A stretch of DNA of 64,000 bases from Escherichia coli (GCF_013122565.1 NZ_CP053258.1), one strand, 5' to 3'; numbered from the stretch's first letter, positions 53,790-64,000 are shown. The notes: generated by a model not told the origin, from the letters alone. Translations and numbers: made by a program.

Positions 53790-56216
53790 TTAAACCTTTT
53801 CGATCTGAACAAGATTGCTGTGCGACGGGTTTCCCTTTGCCAGCGGTGAAGGGCGGTGAGAGGTCAGAATATTGATACTGCCGCCGTGATCGACCCGGTC
53901 ACCAAACATATCCGCTTTAAGCCACGCACCTTGCCCGATGGCGGTAACGCCAGGCAGAATACGCGGAGTCACTTTTGCGGCAATCAGCATTTCTCCATTA
54001 TTGTTAAATACCCGCACGGTATCGCCATGACGGATACCGCGTTCCTGAGCATCAATGGGGTTGATCCACACCTCTTGTGGGCAGGCCTGCTGTAACACAT
54101 CAATATTGCCGTAGCTGGAGTGGGTACGTGCTTTGTAGTGGAAGCCCGTTAGCTGCAGTGGATAGGTTTTCCGCAGGGGATCGTCCCAGCCATCAAAACC
54201 TGGGGTATACGCAGGAAGGGGATGAATAATTTCATCTTTTTTCAATTCCCAGGTATCTGCAATCTTCGCCAGTCGTTCAGAATAAATTTCGATTTTCCCC
54301 GAAGGTGTTTTCAACGGGTTTGCCTGTGGATCTTCACGGAATGCGCGGAAAGCGACGTAGTGTTCTTCCGGGCATTTTTTCTTAAAGATCCCGGTCGTTT
54401 TCATCTCCTCGTAGTCGGGCATCTCAGGGTTACGTTCCTTCGTTTTCGCATGGAGATATTTGATCCATTCATGCTGACTGCGACCTTCAGTAAAGGTTTG
54501 ATAAACGTCCGGTCCTAAGCGTTTGGCGACTTCACTCAGCATCCAGTAGATGGGTTTGCGTTCAAATTTTGCTGAGGTTGCGGGTTGGGCGAGGATCACA
54601 TAGCCCATATTCCCTGCAGATTCATGAGAGATAAGGTCTTCTTGCTCTGTTGGCATCAGGTCGGGCAACAGGATATCGCAATACTTAGCCGAGGCCGTCA
54701 TGAAGTGGTCAATGCCGACAATCATCTCGCACTTGCTGTCATCCTGAAGCACCTCATGGGTGTGATTGATGTCGCCATGTTGATTGATCAATGTGTTACT
54801 GGCGTAGCACCATAAAAACTTGATGGGGACATCCAGTTTTTCTTTTCCACGAACACCATCACGGGTCGCGGTCATTTCCGTACCATGGTCGATGGCATCT
54901 GTCCATGTAAAGACGGAAATCTGCGTTTTAACAGGATTGGCTAGCATCGGGAACCATTCTACCCCCAGATCCCAGCTACCTTCGCGTACACCTGAGTTGC
55001 CGCCGTTTATGCCGACGTTACCGGTGAGAACGGAAAGCATGGCAATAGCGCGGGACGTTTGTTCGCCGTTGGAATGTCGTTGTGGCCCCCAACCCTGACA
55101 AATATAAGCAGGTTTTGCTGAACCGATCTCTCGTGCCAACTGGATAATTTTTTCTGCCGGGATGCTGGTGATTTTTGCTGCCCATTCCGGCGTTTTAGCT
55201 ATGCCGTCAGGCCCTTCGCCCAGAATATAGGCTTTATAATGCGCGTTACGTGGTGCGTTGGCGGGCAGCGTTTTTTCATCGTAACCAACACAATATTTGT
55301 CGAGAAATGGCTGATCGACCATGTTTTCAGTAATCAGTACCCAGGCAATCGCACAGGCCAGTGCGCCATCGGTGCCAGGGCGAATGGGCAGCCATTCATC
55401 TTCACGCCCGGCAGCTGTGTCGTTATAACGTGGATCGATGACGATCATGCGTGCGTTTGAACGTTCGCGGGCTTGCTCGACGTAGTAAGTGACACCACCA
55501 CCGCTCATCCGCGTTTCTGCCGGGTTATTTCCGAACATAACGACCAGTTTCGTATTGGCGATATCATCCGGGCTGTTGCCATCATTGGCACCGAACATAT
55601 AACTCATTGCGGCACTGATCTGTGCGGTACTGTAGCTGCCATAGCGACTGAGAAAACCACCGCAAGAGTTCATCAGACGGTACGGGACGTTTGAGTTGGT
55701 GATGTTTCCGCCATCTACACCTGTTCCGTACAGGACATGTACAGCCTCATTGCCGTAATCTTTTAGGATCCGCCGAAGATTATCACTGATGGTATCCAGG
55801 GCTTCGTCCCAACTTATCCGTTCAAATTTACCTTCACCGCGCTTGCCGACGCGCTTCATGGGATATTTCAACCTATCAGGATGATTCATCCGTCGGCGGA
55901 TAGAGCGCCCGCGTAAACACGCACGAACCTGATGATTACCGTAGACGTCGTCACCTGTCGTATCAGACTCCACCCAGTACACGGTGTCATCTTTCACATG
56001 CAAACGTAACAGACAGCGGCTCCCGCAGTTAACGGTACAGGAACTCCAGACCGCTTTCTCTTCTACCGGGGCCTCTGCCGCCCGGACCATTTGGGAAAAT
56101 GGCAGAGTGAAAGCACTGCTTGCCAGCGCAAGACTGCCAAGTGCGGAGGTTTTCATCAGACTTCTACGGCTGATTTCAGCCTTCATGAGCGCCTCTGTGG
56201 TATGGATTTTCATCAT
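53790..56216 (-). CDS. ynfF: Mo-bisMGD oxidoreductase catalytic subunit, DmsA paralog (selenate-reductase-associated)
   Basis: 807/808 aa (start at tandem ATG codons). It has the twin-arginine signal EISRRSLMKTSALGSLALA and the N-terminal Fe-S motif CTVNCGSRC. Confidence 0.94.
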   Translation of the reverse strand: MMKIHTTEALMKAEISRRSLMKTSALGSLALASSAFTLPFSQMVRAAEAPVEEKAVWSSCTVNCGSRCLLRLHVKDDTVYWVESDTTGDDVYGNHQVRACLRGRSIRRRMNHPDRLKYPMKRVGKRGEGKFERISWDEALDTISDNLRRILKDYGNEAVHVLYGTGVDGGNITNSNVPYRLMNSCGGFLSRYGSYSTAQISAAMSYMFGANDGNSPDDIANTKLVVMFGNNPAETRMSGGGVTYYVEQARERSNARMIVIDPRYNDTAAGREDEWLPIRPGTDGALACAIAWVLITENMVDQPFLDKYCVGYDEKTLPANAPRNAHYKAYILGEGPDGIAKTPEWAAKITSIPAEKIIQLAREIGSAKPAYICQGWGPQRHSNGEQTSRAIAMLSVLTGNVGINGGNSGVREGSWDLGVEWFPMLANPVKTQISVFTWTDAIDHGTEMTATRDGVRGKEKLDVPIKFLWCYASNTLINQHGDINHTHEVLQDDSKCEMIVGIDHFMTASAKYCDILLPDLMPTEQEDLISHESAGNMGYVILAQPATSAKFERKPIYWMLSEVAKRLGPDVYQTFTEGRSQHEWIKYLHAKTKERNPEMPDYEEMKTTGIFKKKCPEEHYVAFRAFREDPQANPLKTPSGKIEIYSERLAKIADTWELKKDEIIHPLPAYTPGFDGWDDPLRKTYPLQLTGFHYKARTHSSYGNIDVLQQACPQEVWINPIDAQERGIRHGDTVRVFNNNGEMLIAAKVTPRILPGVTAIGQGAWLKADMFGDRVDHGGSINILTSHRPSPLAKGNPSHSNLVQIEKV

Positions 56217-56273
56217 TACTCACTTATTGCTTTTCAAACAAAATGTCATGCCAGAATTTATGGTTGTAGTGGG

Positions 56274-58700
56274 TTATATTTTTTCGATCTCGACCAGATT
56301 CGTGTGCTGCGGGTTTCCCTTCGCCAGTGGTGAAGGGCGCAGAGTGGTTAGCGTATTCACACAGCCTCCATGGTCGATTTTATCGCCAGACATATTGGCC
56401 TCATGCCAGGCTCCCTGGCCCATAGCGCTAACCCCAGGGAGAATGCGTGGTGTCACTTTGGCTGGTAGCCGAACTTCGCCACGATGGTTAAACACCCGCA
56501 CCATATCGCCGTTGGCAATCCCACGTTTCTGTGCATCTATAGGGTTGATCCACACCTCCTGACGGCAGGCAGCCTTCAGGACATCAATGTTGCCGTAGGT
56601 CGAGTGAGTACGGGATTTGTAATGGAAACCAAACAGTTGCAGTGGGAAGGTACTACGTTCAGGGGAGTCCCAGCCTTCAAAGGTTGAGGCATAAACCGGC
56701 AGTGGGCTTATCACTTCATCTTTTTCCAGTTCCCAGGTACGGGCAATTTCCGCCAGCTTGCTGGAATAAATTTCAATCTTACCGGAAGGCGTTTTAAGTG
56801 GATTTGCCTCGGGGTCGTCACGAAATGCTTTGTAGGCGACAAAATGACCATTGGGATCTTTACGCTTATAGATACCCATTTTTTTCAGTTCGTCGTAAGA
56901 CGGTAACGCCGGATCTTTGGCAAGCATTTTGGCGTACAGATGTTGTAACCATTGTTCCTGCGTGCGACCTTCTGTGAACTTTTGATAGACGTCAGGTCCA
57001 AGACGTTTCGCGACTTCACTCAGGATCCAGTAAATCGGTTTACGTTCGAATTTTTCGCTGGTGACTGGCTGGAGGAAAATGAGATATCCCATGTTACCGG
57101 CGTAGTCGTTAGGAATAATATCTTCCTGCTCAACGGTCATCAGGTCTGGCAGCAGAATGTCGGCATATTTTGCCGATGAGGTCATAAAGTTTTCGATGAC
57201 CACAATCATTTCGCATTTCGATTCGTCTTGCAGAATTTCATGCGTTTTGTTGATGTCAGAATGCTGATTAACGAGGGTATTTCCCGCGTAGTTCCAGATA
57301 AACTTAATGGGCACATCCAGTTTATCTTTGCCCCGGACACCGTCGCGGAGTGCCGTCATTTGCGGGCCATGATCGATAGCATCCGTCCAGCTGAAGCAGG
57401 AGATTGACGTTTTGACCGGATTATCCAGCACCGGTAGGCGTTCTATCGTAATGGTATAGGTCGATTCACGCGCGCCACTATTTCCGCCGCTGATGCCGAC
57501 ATTGCCCGTCAAAATAGGCAACATAGCAATAGCGCGTGCGGTCAGCTCACCGTTTGCCTGGCGTTGCGGCCCCCAGCCCTGGCAGATATAAGCGGGTTTT
57601 GCTGTGCCAATTTCACGAGCCAGCTTGATGATACGGTCCACCGGGATACCGGTAATTTGCGAAGCCCACTGCGGCGTTTTCGCTGTTTTATCATCACCTT
57701 CACCAAGAATATAGGCTTTATAGTGACCATTTTTTGGTGCATCTGCGGGTAAGGTTTTTTCGTCATAACCGATGCAGTATTTATCGAGAAAAGGTTGATT
57801 AACGAGATTTTCGTTAATCAATACCCAGGCAATACCCGCCACCAGCGCGGCATCGGTGCCCGGGCGAATAGGGAGCCATTCGTCTTCACGACCGGCAGCC
57901 GTATCGGTATATCGCGGATCGATAACAATCATTTTTGCGTTCGATTTTTCGCGCGCTTTTTCAAGAAGATAAGTGATGCCACCGCCGCTCATACGTGTTT
58001 CTGCCGGGTTGTTACCAAACATCACGACCAGCTTGCTGTTTTCGATATCCGTGGTGCTGTTGCCATCATTACTGCCGTAGGTGTAGGGCATGGCACAGGA
58101 AATTTGCGCAGTGCTGTAGGAGCCATACTGGTTGAGTGAACCGCCGTAGCAGTTCATCAGACGTTTGACCGCCGAGGCGGATGGCGATGAGCGGGTCATA
58201 TTGCCGCCAACGATCCCCGAAGAGTACTGAATATATACAGCCTCATTGCCATATTGTTCGACGGTTTTTTTCAGGCTACTGGCGATAGTATCCAGGGCTT
58301 CACCCCAGCTAATCCGTTCGAATTTGCCTTCGCCGCGTTTGCCCACGCGTTTCATTGGATAATTCAAGCGATCGGGATGATTAATACGCCGACGGATGGA
58401 GCGACCGCGCAAACAGGCGCGTACTTGATGATTGCCATACTCATCGCTGCCGGTGTTGTCAGTTTCCACCCAGGTCACTTCATTATCTTTAACATGTAGA
58501 CGAAGTGCACAGCGGCTACCACAGTTGACGGAACAGGCACCCCAGACCACTTTTTCGCTGGCCTGTTGTACCGCTGCCGCTGCACTGCGCAGGGTGAACG
58601 GTAAAGAAAAACCGCCTGCAGCCAGCGCCAGAGAACCTATCGCGGTAGATTTAACGAGTGTTCTGCGGCTGATGCCCACCATTTGTTCATTTTTGGACAT
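56274..58700 (-). CDS. ynfE: Mo-bisMGD oxidoreductase catalytic subunit, DmsA paralog (selenate-reductase-associated)
   Basis: 808 aa with the twin-arginine signal GISRRTLVKSTAIGSLALA and the motif CSVNCGSRC. It is clearly paralogous to ynfF along its whole length. Confidence 0.94.
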   Translation of the reverse strand: MSKNEQMVGISRRTLVKSTAIGSLALAAGGFSLPFTLRSAAAAVQQASEKVVWGACSVNCGSRCALRLHVKDNEVTWVETDNTGSDEYGNHQVRACLRGRSIRRRINHPDRLNYPMKRVGKRGEGKFERISWGEALDTIASSLKKTVEQYGNEAVYIQYSSGIVGGNMTRSSPSASAVKRLMNCYGGSLNQYGSYSTAQISCAMPYTYGSNDGNSTTDIENSKLVVMFGNNPAETRMSGGGITYLLEKAREKSNAKMIVIDPRYTDTAAGREDEWLPIRPGTDAALVAGIAWVLINENLVNQPFLDKYCIGYDEKTLPADAPKNGHYKAYILGEGDDKTAKTPQWASQITGIPVDRIIKLAREIGTAKPAYICQGWGPQRQANGELTARAIAMLPILTGNVGISGGNSGARESTYTITIERLPVLDNPVKTSISCFSWTDAIDHGPQMTALRDGVRGKDKLDVPIKFIWNYAGNTLVNQHSDINKTHEILQDESKCEMIVVIENFMTSSAKYADILLPDLMTVEQEDIIPNDYAGNMGYLIFLQPVTSEKFERKPIYWILSEVAKRLGPDVYQKFTEGRTQEQWLQHLYAKMLAKDPALPSYDELKKMGIYKRKDPNGHFVAYKAFRDDPEANPLKTPSGKIEIYSSKLAEIARTWELEKDEVISPLPVYASTFEGWDSPERSTFPLQLFGFHYKSRTHSTYGNIDVLKAACRQEVWINPIDAQKRGIANGDMVRVFNHRGEVRLPAKVTPRILPGVSAMGQGAWHEANMSGDKIDHGGCVNTLTTLRPSPLAKGNPQHTNLVEIEKI

Positions 58701-58799
58701 AACTCACTCCCTGTTCTTTATCGTTATATAAAAGTTTATATATTGAATATTTAGCGCGCTAATAATAGAGGGAGTCTACCCATTTTGGGTTAAGAGTTA

Positions 58800-58813
58800 T
58801 TAATCCATATCAA
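58800..58813. promoter_or_regulatory. FNR-site candidate upstream of ynfE
   Basis: ttaat-ccat-atcaa has one mismatch to TTGAT-N4-ATCAA and is centred about 106 bp upstream of the ynfE ATG. A NarL-type heptamer tacccat (58777-58783) lies between it and the gene. Confidence 0.4.
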
Positions 58814-58860
58814 TAGAAGGGTATGAGTAATAAGGTGGGATTATGTTGTATGTTCAAATC

Positions 58861-58881
58861 GCCGGATGTGTCGTATCCGGC
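58861..58881 (-). terminator. REP-like hairpin downstream of ynfD
   Basis: gccggat-gtgtcgt-atccggc lies 18 nt after the ynfD stop. The U-tract is weak. Confidence 0.35.
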
Positions 58882-58898
58882 GTTCAGTCGATAATGTA

Positions 58899-59204
58899 TT
58901 ACTGTGGTTCGGCAGGCGCGCCATCCTGGGTAGACTGCGCGGGAGCAGAGACGTTACCGCTGGTGGTGCGGGTGTAGAGAATTTTATGCGTATCATTAGC
59001 GCAATGCCCGACGACCTGGGAATCAGGCTGATCAACCTGGTCATTGGGTACAATACTTAACGTGAAGCTGCTTTCGGGTACGCCATTATTGATAATGCGC
59101 TGTGATATATCGCTCTGTATGCGCTCACAGGATCCCGGCGCGGCGAGTACCGCGGGTGAGGCGAGGGCGAGCAGAAGCGTGGCACAGCAGGTTGAGAGTT
59201 TCAT
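58899..59204 (-). CDS. ynfD: DUF1161-family secreted protein
   Basis: 101 aa counted from the ATG at 59204 (MKLSTCCATLLLALASPAVLA signal peptide). Confidence 0.88.
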   Translation of the reverse strand: MKLSTCCATLLLALASPAVLAAPGSCERIQSDISQRIINNGVPESSFTLSIVPNDQVDQPDSQVVGHCANDTHKILYTRTTSGNVSAPAQSTQDGAPAEPQ

Positions 59205-59311
59205 CATAAGCTCCTTACGCGAAGATAACTTCTTTAAGCATAGCATTTAACGTGTAAAGTACTGTATTTGCTACTATGATTGAGAATCATCTCTACTCTC
59301 TGGTGACTGAT

Positions 59312-60022
59312 GTGAAATACAAATTACTGCCATGCTTACTCGCGATATTCCTCACAGGATGTGACCGCACAGAGGTAACACTTTCATTTACCCCTGAGAT
59401 GGCCAGTTTCTCTAATGAATTCGATTTTGATCCGCTGCGTGGTCCGGTAAAAGATTTCACTCAGACATTAATGGATGAGCAAGGTGAAGTGACGAAACGT
59501 GTTTCTGGGACTTTGTCGGAAGAAGGCTGTTTTGATTCACTCGAATTACTGGATCTGGAAAATAATACCGTGGTCGCTCTGGTACTGGACGCCAATTATT
59601 ACCGTGATGCCGAGACGCTGGAGAAGAGAGTACGTTTACAGGGAAAATGCCAGCTAGCAGAATTACCTTCTGCCGGGGTGAGTTGGGAAACCGATGATAA
59701 TGGCTTCGTGATTAAAGCCAGCAGCAAACAGATGCAGATGGAATATCGCTATGATGATCAGGGGTATCCGCTGGGTAAAACCACGAAAAGTAACGACAAA
59801 ACATTATCTGTCAGCGCCACGCCATCAACGGACCCGATCAAAAAATTAGATTATACAGCGGTTACTTTACTGAATAATCAACGGGTTGGTAATGTAAAAC
59901 AGAGCTGTGAATATGACAGTCACGCCAATCCGGTGGACTGTCAGCTAATCATTGTTGATGAAGGAGTAAAACCCGCCGTCGAACGGGTTTACACCATCAA
60001 AAATACTATCGATTATTATTAA
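59312..60022 (+). CDS. ynfC: Lipoprotein (UPF0257 family)
   Basis: 236 aa counted from the GTG at 59312 (MKYKLLPCLLAIFLTGC, lipobox LTGC). The stop lies 2 nt from the convergent speG stop. Confidence 0.85.
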   Translation: MKYKLLPCLLAIFLTGCDRTEVTLSFTPEMASFSNEFDFDPLRGPVKDFTQTLMDEQGEVTKRVSGTLSEEGCFDSLELLDLENNTVVALVLDANYYRDAETLEKRVRLQGKCQLAELPSAGVSWETDDNGFVIKASSKQMQMEYRYDDQGYPLGKTTKSNDKTLSVSATPSTDPIKKLDYTAVTLLNNQRVGNVKQSCEYDSHANPVDCQLIIVDEGVKPAVERVYTIKNTIDYY

Positions 60023-60024
60023 TA

Positions 60025-60585
60025 CTATTGTGCGGTCGGCTTCAGGAGAGTCTGACCCGGTGTTTTGTGCTCTGCCAGATACTGATGCTGGAATATACAC
60101 ATGCGAATGGCATTACGATATTGACCATTAATAAAGAACTCGTGCATCAATTCACCTTCAACCGTAAAGCCAAGCTTGCGGTAAATGTGAATCGCTTTTT
60201 CATTCTCTTTATCGACGATCAGATACAGCTTATAGAGATTGAGAACGGTGAAGCCATAGTCCATTGCTAATTTGGCGGCACGGGTTGCCAGACCTTTCCC
60301 CTGATACTCCGGGGAGATAATTATCTGAAATTCTGCCCGGCGATGAACATGGTTAATTTCCACCAGCTCCACCAGACCGGCTTTTTCGCCGTCACATTCC
60401 ACCACAAAGCGCCGTTCGCTCTGATCGTGAATATGCTTATCATACAGATCAGAGAGTTCAACAAAGGCTTCGTAGGGTTCCTCAAACCAGTAACGCATCA
60501 CACTGGCGTTATTGTCGAGTTGATGTACATAGCGTAAATCTTCACGCTCCAGCGGGCGTAGCTTAACACTGTGGGCGCTTGGCAT
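60025..60585 (-). CDS. speG: Spermidine N1-acetyltransferase (GNAT)
   Basis: 186 aa, [26 protein letters not shown]..., with the GNAT motif QGKGLATRA. Confidence 0.95.
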   Translation of the reverse strand: MPSAHSVKLRPLEREDLRYVHQLDNNASVMRYWFEEPYEAFVELSDLYDKHIHDQSERRFVVECDGEKAGLVELVEINHVHRRAEFQIIISPEYQGKGLATRAAKLAMDYGFTVLNLYKLYLIVDKENEKAIHIYRKLGFTVEGELMHEFFINGQYRNAIRMCIFQHQYLAEHKTPGQTLLKPTAQ

Positions 60586-60619
60586 AACGTGTCCTTACAT
60601 TCCTTAAATCAATAACAGG

Positions 60620-60961
60620 TTAGGGGGTAATAACGCGGCCAGTTCGACGGTCCAGGCAGCGCAAAGTATTTGGCTCCCAGTAGGCATTGATGTTGGCGCT
60701 TTGCTCGCATTTATCGCGGTTATCAAAAGCGGCGTCGGCTTTATCCCACTCTTTTTCAGTGCGTTTATTCACTTTCTGGCGCAGATTGCGCGTGTCATTC
60801 CATTGCTCTTTTTCCATAGCGGCGTGCTGGCGGCTTTGTGCACTGTCGCCAGACTCAATCACCAGTTTGTTAGTTTCGGCATGAACAGTTGTGCTCAATG
60901 CCAGTGCGCAAGGCAGCAGAAAAGCGAGCAGGCCGATTCGTTTGCTGAGAGTGATTTTCAT
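60620..60961 (-). CDS. ynfB: DUF1283-family secreted protein
   Basis: 113 aa with the signal peptide [28 protein letters not shown]. Confidence 0.9.
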
Positions 60962-61095
60962 AATTCATTCCCTGTATGAATGATTAAAGGTGATTCTACA
61001 CCATCCACTGCGAACGCAAAACGTACCAGGAGGGTGTTTATATTGATGATATTATGTCGCCCTATAACTATACATGATGTCAATAAGTGACAAAG

Positions 61096-61422
61096 ATGAT
61101 TAAAACAACGTTATTATTTTTTGCTACTGCGCTGTGTGAAATTATTGGATGCTTTCTGCCCTGGTTGTGGTTAAAACGAAACGCCAGTATCTGGCTGTTG
61201 CTTCCGGCGGGGATTTCACTGGCGCTGTTTGTCTGGTTGTTAACGTTGCATCCTGCGGCGAGTGGGCGTGTTTACGCGGCTTATGGTGGCGTTTATGTCT
61301 GCACGGCGTTGATGTGGCTGCGCGTTGTGGATGGCGTGAAACTAAGTCTTTATGACTGGACGGGGGCGTTGATTGCGCTTTGCGGCATGTTGATTATTGT
61401 TGCGGGCTGGGGGCGCACGTAA
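61096..61422 (+). CDS. ynfA: UPF0060-family small inner membrane protein
   Basis: 108 aa counted from the ATG at 61096 ([23 protein letters not shown]), with 4 TM segments. Confidence 0.88.
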   Translation: MIKTTLLFFATALCEIIGCFLPWLWLKRNASIWLLLPAGISLALFVWLLTLHPAASGRVYAAYGGVYVCTALMWLRVVDGVKLSLYDWTGALIALCGMLIIVAGWGRT

Positions 61423-61627
61423 GGACATAAATCCATTTTATCAATAAGATACGAGGATGTGTCAGCTGACAAAAGGTATTCTATTTCATCTTTTGTCAAC
61501 CATTCACGGCGCAAATATACGCCTTTTTTTGTGATCACTCCGGCTTTTTTCGATCTTCATACTTGTATGGTAGTAGCTCAGTTGCGTAGATTTCATGCAT
61601 CACGACAAGCGATGCAAGGAATCGAAC

Positions 61628-62842
61628 ATGAAGATCGTAAAGGCTGAAGTTTTTGTTACCTGTCCGGGGCGTAATTTCGTCACATTAAAAATCACCACTG
61701 AGGACGGTATTACGGGCCTTGGGGATGCCACCCTCAATGGACGTGAGCTTTCCGTGGCCTCTTATTTGCAGGATCACCTTTGTCCGCAGCTTATTGGTCG
61801 CGATGCGCACCGTATCGAAGATATCTGGCAGTTTTTCTATAAAGGTGCTTACTGGCGTCGCGGTCCGGTTACGATGTCGGCCATTTCAGCGGTTGATATG
61901 GCGCTGTGGGATATTAAAGCCAAAGCTGCCAACATGCCGCTTTACCAGTTACTCGGCGGCGCGTCTCGTGAAGGGGTGATGGTTTATTGCCATACCACCG
62001 GTCACAGTATTGATGAAGCTCTGGATGATTATGCCCGTCATCAGGAGCTGGGATTCAAAGCCATCCGCGTGCAGTGCGGAATCCCTGGTATGAAAACCAC
62101 CTACGGCATGTCGAAAGGTAAAGGTCTGGCTTATGAACCCGCAACCAAAGGACAGTGGCCGGAAGAGCAGCTGTGGTCGACGGAGAAATACCTCGATTTC
62201 ATGCCGAAATTGTTTGACGCGGTACGTAACAAGTTTGGTTTTAATGAACATTTGCTGCATGACATGCACCATCGCTTAACGCCTATTGAAGCGGCGCGCT
62301 TTGGTAAAAGCATTGAAGATTATCGCATGTTCTGGATGGAAGACCCGACGCCTGCGGAAAACCAGGAATGCTTCCGTCTCATTCGCCAACATACCGTCAC
62401 ACCCATCGCAGTGGGTGAAGTCTTCAACAGCATCTGGGACTGCAAACAACTGATTGAAGAGCAACTCATCGATTATATCCGCACCACGCTGACCCATGCA
62501 GGCGGAATTACCGGTATGCGCCGGATTGCCGATTTTGCTTCGTTGTATCAGGTACGTACTGGCTCACACGGTCCTTCCGATTTGTCACCAGTCTGCATGG
62601 CTGCGGCGTTGCACTTTGATCTGTGGGTCCCCAATTTCGGTGTCCAGGAATACATGGGTTATTCCGAACAAATGCTCGAAGTCTTCCCGCACAACTGGAC
62701 TTTCGATAACGGCTATATGCATCCGGGAGACAAACCGGGTCTTGGTATCGAATTCGATGAAAAGCTGGCGGCGAAATATCCCTATGAACCTGCTTATCTA
62801 CCAGTCGCACGTCTGGAAGATGGCACGCTGTGGAACTGGTAA
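61628..62842 (+). CDS. rspA: Enolase-superfamily (mannonate dehydratase-like) starvation-sensing protein
   Basis: 404 aa counted from the ATG at 61628 ([27 protein letters not shown]). The 415-aa ORF is an extension. Confidence 0.93.
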
Positions 62843-62853
62843 GGAGTAAGATT

Positions 62854-63873
62854 ATGAAAAGCATATTAATTGAAAAACCGAATCAACTGGCGATTGTCGA
62901 ACGTGAAATACCCACCCCGTCAGCGGGTGAAGTACGAGTAAAAGTGAAACTTGCCGGAATTTGTGGTTCAGATAGCCATATTTACCGTGGGCATAATCCT
63001 TTTGCGAAATATCCGCGCGTCATTGGTCATGAATTCTTTGGCGTCATTGATGCGGTGGGTGAAGGTGTGGAAAGCGCCAGAGTCGGTGAACGTGTTGCTG
63101 TCGATCCGGTGGTCAGCTGTGGTCATTGCTATCCGTGCTCTATAGGTAAACCGAACGTTTGTACGACACTGGCTGTATTAGGTGTGCACGCTGACGGTGG
63201 TTTCAGTGAATATGCCGTGGTTCCGGCAAAAAATGCGTGGAAAATTCCTGAAGCAGTGGCCGATCAATATGCGGTAATGATCGAACCTTTTACCATTGCG
63301 GCTAACGTAACCGGACATGGTCAACCGACTGAAAATGATACCGTTCTGGTTTATGGTGCCGGTCCAATCGGCCTGACGATCGTTCAGGTATTAAAAGGCG
63401 TCTATAACGTTAAAAATGTGATTGTTGCCGATCGCATTGATGAACGACTGGAAAAAGCGAAAGAGAGCGGGGCAGACTGGGCGATTAATAACAGCCAGAC
63501 ACCGCTTGGCGAGATTTTCGCTGCAAAAGGCATCAAGCCGACATTAATTATCGATGCGGCTTGTCATCCTTCTATCCTGAAAGAGGCCGTAACGCTGGCT
63601 TCTCCAGCGGCACGTATTGTATTGATGGGCTTCTCCAGTGAACCGTCTGAAGTGATTCAGCAAGGAATTACCGGAAAAGAACTCTCTATTTTTTCTTCAC
63701 GCTTAAATGCAAATAAATTCCCGGTCGTTATCGACTGGTTAAGTAAAGGGTTAATTAAACCAGAAAAATTAATTACCCATACGTTTGATTTCCAGCATGT
63801 TGCTGATGCCATTAGTTTATTTGAACAGGATCAAAAACATTGCTGCAAAGTCTTACTCACTTTTTCTGAATAA
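62854..63873 (+). CDS. rspB: Zn-dependent medium-chain alcohol dehydrogenase family protein
   Basis: 339 aa counted from the ATG at 62854. It has GHEFFG and the structural-zinc Cys cluster CGHCYPCSIGKPNVC, plus the Rossmann motif VYGAGPIG. Confidence 0.93.
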   Translation: MKSILIEKPNQLAIVEREIPTPSAGEVRVKVKLAGICGSDSHIYRGHNPFAKYPRVIGHEFFGVIDAVGEGVESARVGERVAVDPVVSCGHCYPCSIGKPNVCTTLAVLGVHADGGFSEYAVVPAKNAWKIPEAVADQYAVMIEPFTIAANVTGHGQPTENDTVLVYGAGPIGLTIVQVLKGVYNVKNVIVADRIDERLEKAKESGADWAINNSQTPLGEIFAAKGIKPTLIIDAACHPSILKEAVTLASPAARIVLMGFSSEPSEVIQQGITGKELSIFSSRLNANKFPVVIDWLSKGLIKPEKLITHTFDFQHVADAISLFEQDQKHCCKVLLTFSE

Positions 63874-63930
63874 TACCAATAACGGCGAGTAAGTAGTACG
63901 CATCTTACCTCTTTTTTAGAGATAACCATT

Positions 63931-64000
63931 ATGACAATAGAAAAACACGAAAGAAGCACTAAGGATTTGGTGAAAGCAGCAGTATCGGGATGGCTGGGCA
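63931..64000 (+). CDS. ydfJ: MFS (metabolite:H+ symporter-like) transporter, first 23 codons only (runs off the window)
   Basis: The ATG at 63931 gives MTIEKHERSTKDLVKAAVSGWLG..., which fits the N-terminus of E. coli YdfJ as I recall it. Position downstream of rspB also fits. Confidence 0.6.
   Translation, partial: MTIEKHERSTKDLVKAAVSGWLG

Noticed and set aside
53193-53875. Several 66-206-aa ORFs antisense to, or in alternate frames of, ynfG.
   Set aside because: These are shadow ORFs of a GC-rich gene. They have no RBS or domain signal, and ynfG itself has four clear ferredoxin motifs.

Overview
This window is ordinary, well-characterised Escherichia coli core chromosome from the terminus-proximal region. 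By my recollection of the K-12 MG1655 map it is collinear, gene for gene, with the tyrS-to-rspB/ydfJ interval (about b1637 down to b1580) and is presented in reverse orientation. I call 61 protein-coding features, all recognisable from the translations. In window order they are: tyrS (partial), pdxY, gstA, dtpA, nth, the rsxEGDCBA cluster, ydgK, cnu, blr, ydgJ, add, malYX/malI, hdhA, uidR-uidABC, ydgA, manA, fumA, fumC, tus with TerB in its promoter, rstBA, ydgC, folM, ydgI, ydgH, pntAB, tqsA, mdtJI, ydgD, ydgU, asr, ynfM, ynfL, mlc, ynfK, clcB, dmsD-ynfHGFE, ynfD, ynfC, speG, ynfB, ynfA, rspAB and the first 23 codons of ydfJ. I see no rRNA, tRNA, CRISPR array, IS element, integrase, prophage fragment or defence-type gene cluster. 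I do not find a previously undescribed system here, and no stretch longer than about 0.6 kb is left unexplained. The observations worth a second look are strain-level or small-scale: (1) tqsA is split into two ORFs by what looks like an 86-bp internal deletion that removes the conserved LNYIPNIG segment. (2) rsxC carries a perfect 96-bp (32-aa) tandem repeat array and encodes 708 aa, one unit fewer than the 740 aa I recall for K-12. (3) An unannotated 39-codon hydrophobic ORF sits just upstream of a strong intrinsic terminator in the asr-ynfM spacer. (4) A leader ORF lies in the long mdtJI 5' region. (5) A BIME (REP pair) is bracketed by two near-identical 26-nt hairpins. Several operator-like sites are also visible (MalI, UxuR/ExuR-like, RstA box, CRP, Mlc, FNR/NarL-like). 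All homology statements come from recognising the translated sequences and motifs; no database search was run.
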